Below are positions 14,487-31,356 of a stretch of DNA of 64,000 bases, piece by piece. The stretch comes from Priapulus caudatus. Its lineage: Eukaryota. The stretch covers positions 766,844 through 830,843 of the forward strand of contig NW_014577085.1 in NCBI RefSeq assembly GCF_000485595.1, read 5' to 3'. The position numbers and the translations under genes were made by a program. The notes under the pieces are model-generated. The model saw nothing but the letters and a program-made list of their open reading frames with translations. It made no database searches and was not told the origin of the DNA. How positions within the stretch are numbered: the stretch's first letter is position 1; the number at the start of each line of letters is the position of its first letter.

Positions 14487-17400
14487 AATCATATCAAGTT
14501 TTGAAAATTCTATGAAACTAGTTTTCCATTATAGTTTTCTATCCATTTCCGTACGTTTTTGTGAGGTTATCGCTAGAATACGGCCGTGAGAGGAAAGAAC
14601 TCTCAGTCGCGTGCTTTTATCGCGAGCTTTGTGTCTTGTATCGGTTTCTATAGAATTGCGCTCGTTGCGACACTTAAAAATGATAAATACTACAATTTAG
14701 ATCGCGTAATACATTTTCAATAGCTTGCGAGCAGTGCGGTGTCAACGCCGTCATGCGTGAGAAACGGCGTCACTCAAAATCCCCGATTTTCTTCATAAAT
14801 GGTTAAAAATCGAGGCGATACGAACGACCATGCTCGTGCGCGTAAGCGATTTGTGTCAACTGAGTATCGCGAATGATTTACGGCTGCGGGTGTTCGCGCA
14901 CTTCAATGCGCGGATCTAGCATGATTACGCAACCGTCAGCGCACGGCTGCAGTGTAAATACGTCACCGTGTACGCGCGGTAATACATCGCGCAATTTTGC
15001 GTATTGCGGTTTCAATTTCGCTTTGCCACGCTAATAATTATGCGAGTATATATATACACGGGCACCATCATCGGATTCAAGTACCTTAACATGTCCTCAC
15101 TAATATGCTTGACCTGGATATCATCGATATGAAACCTGCGTGTCATACATTAGTTACTGCCAAACACGACTACGAAAATAGAAGACACACGCGCCTGTGG
15201 ATACCTGCGTTAATTCAGTGAGCGGACCCCTGATTCTCATCTACGTCTCTTATTAGATTTGCTAGCGGATAGTTTGGTAACTACAAAAGTATGTGAGATT
15301 ATCAAGCGATTTACTGCTATAGCGATTCGCGATATATATATATTAAGAATAACGGGACAACATGCAGAATGGGCAGAACTTACAAGAGAACCATAGAACA
15401 TCCCGGAAGAAAGGTTCTATAGAGGGAGTAACTCATTTCTCTGACTTGTTTTCCTCACGCTGTAAACGCGAATTGCCGTCCGTCCGCTCTCGGCCACATT
15501 TGACAATCCGCCTCGTACGTCTACAACATTCTTCCTCCTCCTCTTCCCCCTTCCTCCTCTTACGCTTTCTCCTCCTTTTCCTCCTCATCCTCGTCCTCCT
15601 CCTCCTTCTCCTCCTTCTCTTCCTCTGCCTCCTGCATCGCCAGCCTCTTTCTCGAGAAATCGCTTAATGTTTTAAAGCCGGAAAAAACCCGGAGCGCGGG
15701 AGAATCTGATGCCCACCGGCCGTAATGGCTTCGTCAATGCACCATCAATCTTGCTCGCAATCCGTCCGATGACGTCACAGCTCGCCGTGCATATCCGCAG
15801 CCACCGCTGCTGCCACTATATAATCATTGATTTCGCCAAGACAGAGTCGTGCCTGATTTCGGAAAAGCCGCATACGAAGCCGCGTGCAGCTCAGCTCGGC
15901 AAAGTACAACAGTACTGCACAGCACAGCACAGCGCAGCACAGCGCAGCACAGCGCTATTTATTCTACTATCATTTATCTATTTATGCTATCATTCTATGC
16001 TATCTATCTATCTATCTTATATGTCTCTATCCTATCTATCTCTGACTGCATATCTATCGCATGCCATCATCTATCTATCTATCTATCTGATCTATTATAT
16101 AGCTATGCTATCCCTAGTCTATCTATCTACTAGTCTACTATCTATCTATCTATATATCTATTATTATAGTATCTATCTATCTGCTGTCTGCATATCCAAT
16201 CATGTCCATACCTCTATTCTATGCGTATCTGCCTTCGCATCATACTACATCCATCAGCTCTCTATCTATTCTATCATCTATTATCTCACTATCTATCATC
16301 TATTTACTATACTACTATCTAGTATCTATCTACCATCATTCCATTCATCCATCCATTCCATTCATCTCATACCTCATCATAGCCATCGCAACCATGCATT
16401 CATGCCATACAATCCATTCCATCATCTAATCTCCATCCATCTATCGTCTCTCTCATCCTTCTCTCTGCTCTCTTTCTAGTCTCTCTCTCTCTTCTCTCTC
16501 TCTCCACTCTCTCTCTCGTCGCTCTCTCTCTCCTCCTCCTCTACTCTTTATATATAGATATATATATAATATATATAATATATATATAATATTATATAGT
16601 TTGTGTGTTGTCTGTGTGTGTGTGTGCTGTCGTCTGTGTGCTGTGTGTGCGGCGGGTGCTGCGTGCGTGCGTGCGCGGTGCGTTTTTTGTGTTATGGCCG
16701 CCGCGTTGCGTGGTGTCGTGTGTGTGTGTGTGTGTACGTGGTGTGTGTGGCGCGGTCTTCTTCCTTTGCGCCATCCGCAGAGGCAGAGAAGTAATCGAGT
16801 TCATTCGACCATATGCTTACTAATATAGAAGAGGGGCCGTACTCATATTCCGTATATATAGTCCATCACCGGAGCGCATGGCGCGCTTGCGATCTTACTA
16901 CAGAGGTCTTGAGATCCACACTGCTGCATCGAAATAGCTAAGGAAATGCACAGTCAATGTCAACGTGCGTCACCTTCGACACGACGATATGAGAAAGAAA
17001 AGAGAGAGAAGGAGGGAGGGAGCAGCGACGACGAAAGGGCGTAAGAGGAGAGAGGGAAAAAAGAGTAAGAGAGAGAGAGAGAGAGAGAGAGAAAGGAGCA
17101 AGAGAGAGAAGAGAGCGAGAGAGAAGGGGAAGAGAGAGGGAGAGAGAGAACGAGGTCTAGAAATGAGCGTGAGGGCAGAGGTGGAGAACCCGCGAAAAAG
17201 AGAGAGAGTAAGAGGAGAGAGCAGGCGAAAAGAGATCGAGAGNNNNNNNNNNGCTTATCTATCTAATTATAATATAGATATAGATATATATTAATACTAC
17301 GAATATATATATAGATTAGCTGAGGCGGCGCATGTCCACGACACTAAGCAGGACTAGTCAGCGGTGAGAAACTGTTTGTGTCGGCGCGAAAACGCGCGGC

Positions 17401-19903
17401 ACGTTCTACACTCATCATCACACCGTCGCGGAGGTCGGATGCGAATACTTCCGGTACGTGCGAATATACGCAAGCCGTAGCAATAATATAATAATAATCT
17501 ATACAATACGTTTGTGCGCCAGAAGAGGAGAGAGACGATAGAGAGAGAGAGAAGGAAGAGAGAGGAAAGTGAGAGAGAGAGAGAGAGAGAGAAAGAAGAG
17601 AGAGAGATGCCGGAGAGAGACGCGAGAGAGAGAGATCGCGGAGAGAGAGTAGAGACTGAGCGAGAGAGAGAGAGAGAGAGTGTGGTGTGTGTGTGTGTGT
17701 GTGTGTTTGTGGGCATGTGTATTACTATCTATATTGTTCTGATATACCCGGCTACGCCACCCCTAGTGTGTTGTCGCCGGTGTCAAGTGCGTGTTGCTCG
17801 TGACTCGCTGCGTGTGTGCTTGTGTGTCGCCCTGTCGTGTGCTCGCTCGCTCGCGTGTGGCCGTGTGTGTGCCGTGACGCTGTGTGTCCTGGGTATGCGC
17901 TGTGGTTGGTGATGTGTGTGTGTGTGCCCTGCGTGTGTGTGTCGTGCGGGCGTGCGTGTGGTGTGCGTGTGCGTAGTGCGGTTGTGGTGTTTGTGTGTGC
18001 TGTGTGTGCTGTGTGGTGTGTGGCTGTGTGTGTGTCGCCGCCGCCACTGTGGGTGTGTGTTGTGTGTGGCTGTGTGTGTGTGTGTACGGCTGTGTGTGTC
18101 TGCTTATGGCGTGAGTGAGTGTTGTCGGCGGAGAGAGAAGTGCGGTGCTGTTACGTTGATAGATAGATAGATAGAAATTAAGCGATAGAGGGGGAGCGAG
18201 AAAGAGAGAGAGGGGGGATGGAGAATGGAGGGTAGAGCAGGAGAGAGGGGTGACAAGAGCGAAGAAAGGAGAGCGGAGCCGAAGCTGTTGGGGAGAACAG
18301 TGTGAAGCCGAAGTGTGTAGACTTCCCCAGCAAACTGTTGTCGGCATCACCCCCTGACACTGTGCTTTCTGTCGGTATAGCATGAAGGGAGAGAAGAAAG
18401 CGGAGATGGTAGCGCAAAACACTTTACATTGAAAATCACGAACATCGATTAGCGCTATGATAAAGGTCATTTTATTATTTTTACAAAATGGCGTCCTTAT
18501 TATTCAGCAATAAACATAGTACATGTATGCATACGATAGCCTCCGGGTACTGGTTACGCGAAAATACGCATCGTACGGTTATTCACTCGCCAACCTATAA
18601 AGAATAAGACATTTTGAAGCGGTTAGAATGGTTTTTAACGATTACCACCCCACCGCGAGCATGGTTTTGCTTCCGTAACCCAGTTAATTTGCAAAGTACG
18701 AAGTTGCCAATATACGTACAAATTTCACAACGTCGCGTACACATTTGTTAACATTCAAATTTTCAATTGATAAAAACTCGATGCGTAGAAAAACGCGTGT
18801 TCAATGTTTTGTTTTTGTTTTGACTGGAACATCATGCGTACAGCGCTTACAGTGGCTTACAGTTTGTACCTCTAATCCAGTCGAAAGGGCAAAACAAACA
18901 GGCATACACAGGGCCAATACAGACGTTCTCTTGTAGAATTTCCCTTTAAATTAAGCTTATATTGATTGCATAATAACAGTACATATTCACCATAGAAAGA
19001 CGACACATCACGACGCACACTATACACACAGGCATTCGCTATAAATCAATTCCAATTAATAATCAGTGTCTCACTCACCGATATGCCGTTTAAAGACTAT
19101 GCCGATCCGTTGCCATCAAATCTATACACGTAGATTTGGTTCAATTATATTTGCATAACGACTTGACACGTGGTAACATACTAAACACTGGGTTCGCTTA
19201 ACTACACGAGAAGTATTATAGTGAGCCATGTGCCAGCTCATTGCCAGATCGTAATATGATCAAAAGTAAAACGTCACAACGATTTTCCACGCGGATACAC
19301 GTTCGTTTTTTTATCTGTGCGCGCAGTACGACAGTATATATGGATGCTGCTTCTACATTTATAATTTAAACGATTGTACAGTTGGGCGGGTTATCGTATA
19401 GGTATAGGTGTAATTATAGGTATAGGTAAGAGCTAAACCCATAGCGCGATCGCATTTCTACAAGGGCAAGTGCAGTCGACGTACAGTCACTATTACTTTA
19501 TAGTACATACGCGGTGCATAACAGCAACGAATAACCTCATATACAAATATTAGGCAATTTACCACACCGAAGTTACATATTCCATTAGTAACCAGTGGTA
19601 TTCCCTCATCTATCTCACGACATCTTAATACCTCCTATACGCTCCCATCAATAAAATACTGGTACATCATGCGCGCTACAATACGCGCGTGGTTATCAAC
19701 AGAAATCACGCATTTACCCATAAAAATATACCGAGTGAAACCTCGCAACATGGACGCGATATGGATAGCGGGGGTTAATCGTAAGTTTACTATAGAACTA
19801 CGGCGGAACAAAGGCGGTCACGTTGTACGCGCTCGCTAATAAATTCCCCCCCCCGGCGAGCAATCTTCCTTTCTCGTCGTCCGTTATTAAACGTTTGCGC
19901 GCG

Positions 19904-20386
19904 GTATAACCACAGTATAACCACAGTGTAACCACAGTACAACCACAATGTAACCACAGTATAACCACAGTATAACCACAGTGTAACCACAGTACAACCA
20001 CAATGTAACCACAGTACAACCACAGTGTAACCACAGTACAACCACAGTGTAACCACAGTGTAACCACAGTACAACCACAGTGTAACCACAGTACAACCAC
20101 AGTGTAACCACAGTACAACCACAGTACAACCACAGTGTAACCACAGTGTAACCACAGTGTAACCACAGTATAACCACAGTGTAACCACAGTGTAAACACA
20201 GTATAACCACAGTACAACCACAGTATAACCTCAGTGTAACCACAGTACAACCACAGTGTAACCACAGTATAACGACAGTATAACCACAGTGTAACCACAG
20301 TATAACCACAGTGTAACCACCGTATAACTACAGTATAACCACAGTGTAACCACAGCATAACCACAGTATAACCACAGTGTAACCAC
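19904..20386. repeat. 11-bp minisatellite (gt[ag][tc]aaccaca), ~44 units
   Basis: Direct inspection; near-perfect array. Confidence 0.95.
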
Positions 20387-20535
20387 TGACATTCGTGACC
20401 GCGAGACAAAACTCGATGCCGCGTTTATTTTTCGCACAATTCACGGAACCGTCAGTACAACTGCGTGGGCTTCCGCGAATCCAAGTCTCTGATAGGATTG
20501 TACTTTAGTCACTGAAGCGGTGCTGTAAATGATTC

Positions 20536-20634
20536 ATGACGATGATGATGACGATGATGATGATGATGATGACGATGATGATGATGACGATGATGATGAC
20601 GATGATGATGATGACGATGATGATGGTAATGATA

Positions 20635-20689
<55 letters not shown>

Positions 20690-20800
20690 CGATGACGATG
20701 ACGACGACGACGACGACAATAATAATGATGATGACGACGACGATTATGACGTCGATGACGATGATGATGATGATGATGAAGGTGATGACGACGATGATGG
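20536..20800. repeat. (GAT/GAC)n trinucleotide microsatellite
   Basis: Direct inspection. Confidence 0.95.
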
Positions 20801-21938
20801 TAGTAGAGGAGGGTTAGTAGAGCGGCGACGTAATGGGGGTGCGTATGAGTGTTTGCAAGAACAGAAACCCCTGGTGGTAACCGATGAGTAGGCTCCTACG
20901 AAACGCCCTGGTGTTGGGCGCGAGATGGTTTTGGGAGGACAGCCCTGGTGGTGCGCGCGAATAGATCAAGCAGGAATATTTCGAAAGAACAAAGGGCAGT
21001 GGTCGAGTTCGTTAGCGGAGTGGGATGAAGGGCCTTCAGCAGACAGCCGGGTCACCGACCGCAGTGAGCGCTAGCGCCTCAGACAGGCGAAACGAATTGT
21101 GTCAATAATCAGGCAGATAATAAATGAAGTGGCTTTGAAATCTCTGCCGCCGCATGCATGTAGCGGCATCATGTGGGTACTGTATGCAGCAAGCACTTAG
21201 TAGCTTGTAAATGAGCCGACCTTTCCTCGCAGCAAATGAAATTCTAACCGAACGAATTATTGACGCTGAGTCTGTGGACTTATTAACGTTAAAGAGATAG
21301 CGCGTGTCCATCTCCTGCGGACGTTTACGTATTGCGACCAAAAAATTAAACGTCATCAGAGCCTTCGCAGGAATAAGAAGATTTTCGGATTAACGAGTTA
21401 AACGTGTGATTTTGCGCAGCGCATACCCCCCGCAGTCCCCCACCACTCCCACCGGTAATCTGTCTGCCTGTCGTGATGGAATTTCTTGAAATAACGTAAT
21501 TGCTATATCGGTGGTTCTAGTGTGGGAGCGTGCGTGCGCGCGTGCGTGCGCGCGTGCGTGCGTGTCGCAATAAGAATTCTCGGATCTGCACGTTCACGTG
21601 ATGGTGGCAAATTAAAACAACAATTCCGTCAGCAATACCAATCATGACGGTGTCTTAATTATTAATTAATAAATTAATTATTAAATGTTGTCTTAAATTA
21701 TCAGAGATACCCCACTATCGCCGAGACTCGCCGCCTGATGCTACACGCCAGCGTTACAACGCATAGTAGAGTTATGATTGTCCAGGGTAAAACAGCGGCA
21801 CTTCCATGCGTAACTATAATATAGGCTTTCGCTCCGTCCCGCGTTCTGCAGTAATCTTACATTACCTCTCACATAATTAAGAGACCGGCAACAGATGCCG
21901 TCTTCTATCACCACCAACAACGGCTATTCTGGCCGCGT

Positions 21939-22026
<88 letters not shown>

Positions 22027-22115
22027 AATGATAGAAATCTACGACAGGGAGAGCCACAGNNNNNNNNNNGTTCGGTTGTGGTACGGTACGTTAGTCGTAC
22101 GTACGTCGTCGTGTG

Positions 22116-22172
<57 letters not shown>

Positions 22173-23560
22173 TGTGTGTGTGTGTGATGGAGCGAGCGCA
22201 CAGGCAGCCATTAGTTTGCTGTTTTCTCTCTCTCTCTCTCTCCTGCTGCGCAATATGGATCCGCCGTGCTGACACGCTACGCAGCCGCGGACGCAACAAT
22301 GACACACACACAGACACACACGCATCGTCCACTCGTGCGAGCAGCAGCGTTCGAAACCTAATGAGTCGTTGGCTACGCCGAATGAAAACAAAGTTTCCCG
22401 AGTGCATCGCTCTCTGACAATCCACACGCTGTGGCAAGCGACGCATTAATGCTGTTGTTACTTCGGAGCGGGGCCGTTTGCTACTGCAATACACGCCAGC
22501 AAACACTCACAGCGGCATGGGTCGAAGTACAGAATGGCGAGGCTTCGGGGGAAACCAAAAATCGAGAAAGGGAAAACCGCTCAGCGCCACCCACACGCAA
22601 CCGTCAAAACCACACGCACGCGCGAATGCTTGACCATGTAACCAAGAGGCCATAATAGAAGACTATATCTATTACAAGCCTTTCTATTATGAACTCTTGA
22701 TAATATAACTAACCGCGTTACGACTGCGGGTTTTACTACATTTTACACAGGTTTGGTGAATCAGTGCGGGCATCCAGCGGTGTGCGCGTGTTGCGAGTGG
22801 ACCTGGGTGGACGTCTGGGTGTCGACCTAGACAATTAACACTGCGGCGGTGGAAACCGACTGAGGATTACTGCTGCACGCACACGCTACGTGTTGCTATC
22901 CGTGTGCTCGAGGCACTGAGCGCAAATAAAAACTTCTGCTGTGTGGAAAGAAAAAGGCGCGCGTCTTTTGATTTTTACCGCTTACCGGCGCAATCAGGCA
23001 AATATCCGAGTCGGGAGAACTATTCCGTGCTACCTGGCAAGCAGCGAGCGTGAGACAGGCACACAAACATACGAGCGACGCGCTCGCAAAAAAACACACA
23101 CAAGTAATCTAACGATGACCACTGTGACACAAACACACACACGCGCACTCACGCACACATCGCCGAAGATCAAAAGGGCAGCGACCGCCATTGATCACCG
23201 ATGGACTTCCCTTATCCGTTGCGTAGCTTACAGTAATATTCCTTTCAAGAAATGGTTTGCATATCTGCAATGATGGATGTCCTTTGCACGTGCTCAACCC
23301 TTATAAGCCATTCGAGAAGCTCCTCGGGCGTTGGTACCAGCCAGTAAGTGCCGCTAATAATGACATCATGCGTTATTTACGAAGGCTAGAGACTAGCCAT
23401 TTAGCCATAGAGGTTGCTTGAGCTAGCATGAAAGCCGCTATCTTGAGCACAGCGGAGACGGGAGTGGTTTCTCTCTCGCACGCTATCATTGTTATACGGC
23501 TGCTAGCCTGTCCGTCCGTCACCTCCGTATATTAGTGTATGTATGTGTGTGTGTGTATGT

Positions 23561-23609
<49 letters not shown>

Positions 23610-23776
23610 GTGTGTGTGTGTTGTTGTGTGTGTGTGTGTGTGTGTGTGTGTGTCNNNNNNNNNNNNNNNNNNNNNNNNNNNNNNNNNNNNNNNNNNNNNN
23701 NNNNNNNNNNNNNNNNNNNNNNNNNNNNNNNNNNNNNNNNNNNNNNNNNNNNNNNNNNNNNNNNNNNNNNNNNNNN

Positions 23777-23846
<70 letters not shown>

Positions 23847-24216
23847 GTATTTGTGTGCGTGTGTGTGTGTGTATGTGTGTGCGTGTGTACGTGCGTGTGT
23901 GTCTGTCCGTCTGCAAGTCTGTCCGCCCGTAATGATTCTCTCTTCCTTCTTCTTCCATCTTTTACACTCCCTTTGCTCTCTGTCCTTCGCTCTCTCTCTC
24001 TCTAGCGCAACGAATAGACTAGTGTGAACAAAATGACTTGTGTCAGATACTGGCAAAGCAGAATTTGCTCTACGCATCAATACATCAAATTCCGCCTGCT
24101 TGAGACACCTCACATCTCACACATCGCACTCACTGTCAGCTGGCGGGAAAAGCTTTTCCGCGCATATACATAGGCCTCTTTGAAACAGACAGACCGACTC
24201 TGCGCTTTGCGCGGAG

Positions 24217-24360
24217 CACAGCAAAGTCACTGGTGCAGACGATGTACCTTGCGATAGCGGTTTTACAATAGCCGGTCCCCGCGCATCGCACAGCAAAGTC
24301 ACTGGTGCAGACGATGTACCTTGCGATAGCGGTTTTACAATAGCCGGTCCCCGCGCATCG
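24217..24360. repeat. Perfect 72-bp tandem duplication in the KCTD 3' UTR
   Basis: cacagcaaagtc...ccgcgcatcg at 24217-24288 and 24289-24360. Confidence 0.95.
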
Positions 24361-24388
24361 ACTCAACAAGCGCTGTCGCCGGAGTCTT

Positions 24389-25261
24389 CTAGAAGGGTCG
24401 GCAGAAGACGAACTCGTTGTAGTGGTTCCACTTGGACTCCTCCGTGTCCTGCCCCGACGCCTTGTTCATGCCGTCCGCCGGGCCGTGGAAACCCGTCGCG
24501 CCGCTCGCGCAGCTGCCGACGCACGTGAATCCGGAGTCGCTAAGCATGTCGAACGCCTGCTCGAGGAAGTTGTGCTTGAGAAAGAAGCGCGACGTGTAGC
24601 GGTCCGTGTGTCCCGGCCCGCGGTCTGGATCTCGGTTCTCGTTCAGCGTGTCGCCGAACACGTCCTTGCACGGTCGCACGCGCCCGCAGACGAGAATGCG
24701 CGACAGCTTGCGAAACTTGACGTCGGCCATGCCGTCGCGACCGAACGCGAACGTGCCGCGATAGCCGACGGTGATGTACGTGCTACGCGCCGACGCCGCC
24801 GCCGCCGCCGACGAGGGGCTGTTCGAGTAGACGGCGCCGCGCGTCGCCACGGCGTGCGACGCGCGCACCGCGTGCGGATGCGACAGCATCGCGTGTGCGT
24901 GTATGATGACGGCCTTGTCGATGCACTCCACCATGCTGGCGAGTCGGAAGAACTCCGCCTCGCTGCGTAGCCGATCCTTCTCGTGGAAATTTTCCGGCAG
25001 CACGAGCTTCTCGTTGCGCAGAAAGTCGAGCACGTAGCGAAAGAGGACGCCGTCGCGGTCGAGAAAGAATTTGCCCTTCGAGTCCCGAATCGGCGCCTTC
25101 GCCTTGCCCGCGAACAGGTCGTGAAGGTGCGAGTCGACGTCCTTCGTGATTGTCGTCAGCGACGTCGTGTAGAAGACGCCGCCGACGTTCAGCTCGATGA
25201 TCGACGGAAGGCCGACGTCGTTATGATTCGAGTTGGTCGCGTTCGTGTCCGACGACGACAT
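24389..25261 (-). CDS. KCTD16: BTB/POZ (T1) domain protein of the KCTD8/12/16 family (GABA-B receptor auxiliary subunit-like; T1 + H1 domains, no H2), single coding exon, 290 aa
   Basis: N-terminal T1 signature IIELNVGG.FYTT...FFLDRDG.LFRYVLDFLR..KL.LPE.F.E..RL..EAEFF. C-terminal H1 signature YITVGYRGTF...KFRKL.RILVCG...VFG.TLNE.RDPDR...YTSRFFLKHNFLEQAFD.L...W.HYNEFVF. ATG in a good context (gccgccATG), GC3-rich codons. The symbol is family-level; an invertebrate gene would be co-orthologous to KCTD8/12/16. Confidence 0.95.
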   Translation of the reverse strand: MSSSDTNATNSNHNDVGLPSIIELNVGGVFYTTSLTTITKDVDSHLHDLFAGKAKAPIRDSKGKFFLDRDGVLFRYVLDFLRNEKLVLPENFHEKDRLRSEAEFFRLASMVECIDKAVIIHAHAMLSHPHAVRASHAVATRGAVYSNSPSSAAAAASARSTYITVGYRGTFAFGRDGMADVKFRKLSRILVCGRVRPCKDVFGDTLNENRDPDRGPGHTDRYTSRFFLKHNFLEQAFDMLSDSGFTCVGSCASGATGFHGPADGMNKASGQDTEESKWNHYNEFVFCRPF

Positions 25262-25989
25262 GGCGGCGGCGGCGGCGACGGAGATGAGCGACGGTCGTGG
25301 TCGTGGTCGGCTGGCGGACGGTCGCCGTGTGTCGGCTGGCTATCGGTGGGCGACGACGGCGACGACGGACATGACAGCGTCGGCATGCACGCAGACGCAG
25401 GCTAGCATCAACAACAGCAACAGCAACAGCGACAACAGCAGCAGTGGTGCAACACCTGCCTTTCGCCTTTCGTGAATTATATCACTGATTAAAATCGCAT
25501 CGAGTTTCGCCGCCACGTCAGGACGCTATAAAATCAATCCGCTGTTGCGACGACTGTACGAATGAATGCAGAAGAGGCGCGCACACTTCCACCGACACAC
25601 ACACACACACGGGCTTAAGATCCGCCGGTAACAGACGCGCTGGCTGGCTGGCTGGCTGGCTGGAACTGTACGGCAGCGAGGCAACAACACACCGTTCTCC
25701 TGGCTGTGTGTAACTGCGGAGTAGATGCAAGCGCGCACACTCGTGAAGCGTGTCCTGATACGAACGATACCCAGCAGCAGACTGTGCGCACTGGCCGATG
25801 CGGAGGCGCTAGTGAAGGCTTCGCATGACGCACAGTGACGAACGCGGACAGCAGACGCCGCGCAGCTGCCGGCGCGCCATCGCCGTAAACGTAGCGGGGG
25901 CTTCGTGCGCATGCGCCGCTCGATATGCACGCAGACTCCCGGCGCGCGATTGCGCACGCGTGCTTCAGTTCGTGCGTACGTGCGGGCGT

Positions 25990-29760
<3,771 letters not shown>

Positions 29761-30521
29761 GCGCGCAGAGGTATGGTTCGTGCGTGCATGTACAATATAA
29801 TGGCGAATACAGCGTCAATCACACACGTCGGGGATCGGATTGGGTTCTGCTACTTGAGAATGTATAAATCCATACGCGCCACATCGGAGAGTCGTCACTG
29901 ATCGATGCAGAAGGTCAAAGGTCAATCGATTAACTTCGTAATCGATCGCATCGTATTCGCCACGCGAATGACTGTAATTAACTCGGCGTGCTATCCGCTG
30001 CTTTTACCGTGCGTGCGTGCGTGCGTGCGTGCACGCGTGCTATCCGCTGCTTTTACCGTCCGTGCACGCGTGCGTGCGTGTGTGCGTGCGTGCGTGCACG
30101 CCTGCGGAGATAAACTCGTACGGGCAGCAGCTTGCGTGGACGGTAATGACTTTGTTTCTCGTGATGAATGCCACACTCACATCACAGTTCGGCAGCTGGC
30201 AAAGCGCAGCCGCATCACGGCGCACAGTTGACGCAGCTCTCAAAAAAAGCGTGCAAAGCAAGGCTTTACTAACGCACTCGGCGCCTGCCTGCATGTACCC
30301 GCCCGGAACGATGTAATAGAACCGCAGCGAGCTATTCACAATGATACGTATATACGAGGCAGCTCGCAATCACGGCCTGCGATCCTCTACATGTTAGACA
30401 TTGTCGTGTTATTATTACTCTAACATTAATAGGTTCAATGGAGGCTTATCTACACTGACCAGCCGTGGCTCGTCGTTGATGACATTTCGCTTGCTTCCCC
30501 CAGAGTCACGAAACACGTCTT

Positions 30522-30562
<41 letters not shown>

Positions 30563-31356
30563 GCTGCCATCCGATAAACCTCTCTTCGCCAACCGCTCAC
30601 GTGAAAGAATGCGCCTATCCACGTCGAGTGATTGTTAGGTAGCTCTAGCCAATCATTGCTGCGACAGGCGCCTCCTAAACGCTGCTTAGTAACGAAGTGA
30701 CGCAAGGTTGAGGTTGCGGCGTGTTTATCCGCGGTTTAATTATGTATTAGAAGACCTATGATTGAGTAAAAGAGCTATGATTTAACCGCGGTTAACGTAT
30801 ATTTCTACCGCGGTAAAAATAATTATTTCTGAGTACGATACGTGGCCAACCATCGGCGTGCACACACGAGTTGTCCCCGATTTGTCACATCATTGTTTAC
30901 CACTTTGGATTCCTGACTCGAACGAACCATCATCCTCTCCCAGGATTGATTTCCTATTTTGATAGAGCGTTATATAGTGCAATCGTCTGTCGTAGTCATC
31001 ACCTACGGTCACAATTAATTCTAATTAATTCTTAACTAATTAATTCTTCGTGAACAGCAGATTCAAGAAGGACGAGAAAGCATATACATGTTACCAGACA
31101 ATGCCAAAGCAAAAAGTACTTAGTTAGTGGGAGTCTCGTAATAAATTAATATCCTTGTCTGTTATAGGTACGTAACAGTAATATGATTTGGCATCACAGA
31201 CCAAGGGATTATATCTCTGTCGCAAGAGTGCCAAAGACCAGGAAAACGTGTCTCTGCTATACCGTGCTAACAAAAGCATGTCTATACTACCAAGTATCCG
31301 AATAACAAAAATTAGTAGGAGTATAGTATAGTCAGTATAATAGTGGCATAGTATAG

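Noticed and set aside
24422..25475. Plus-strand ORFs overlapping KCTD
   Set aside because: Antisense shadows of GC3-rich coding sequence.
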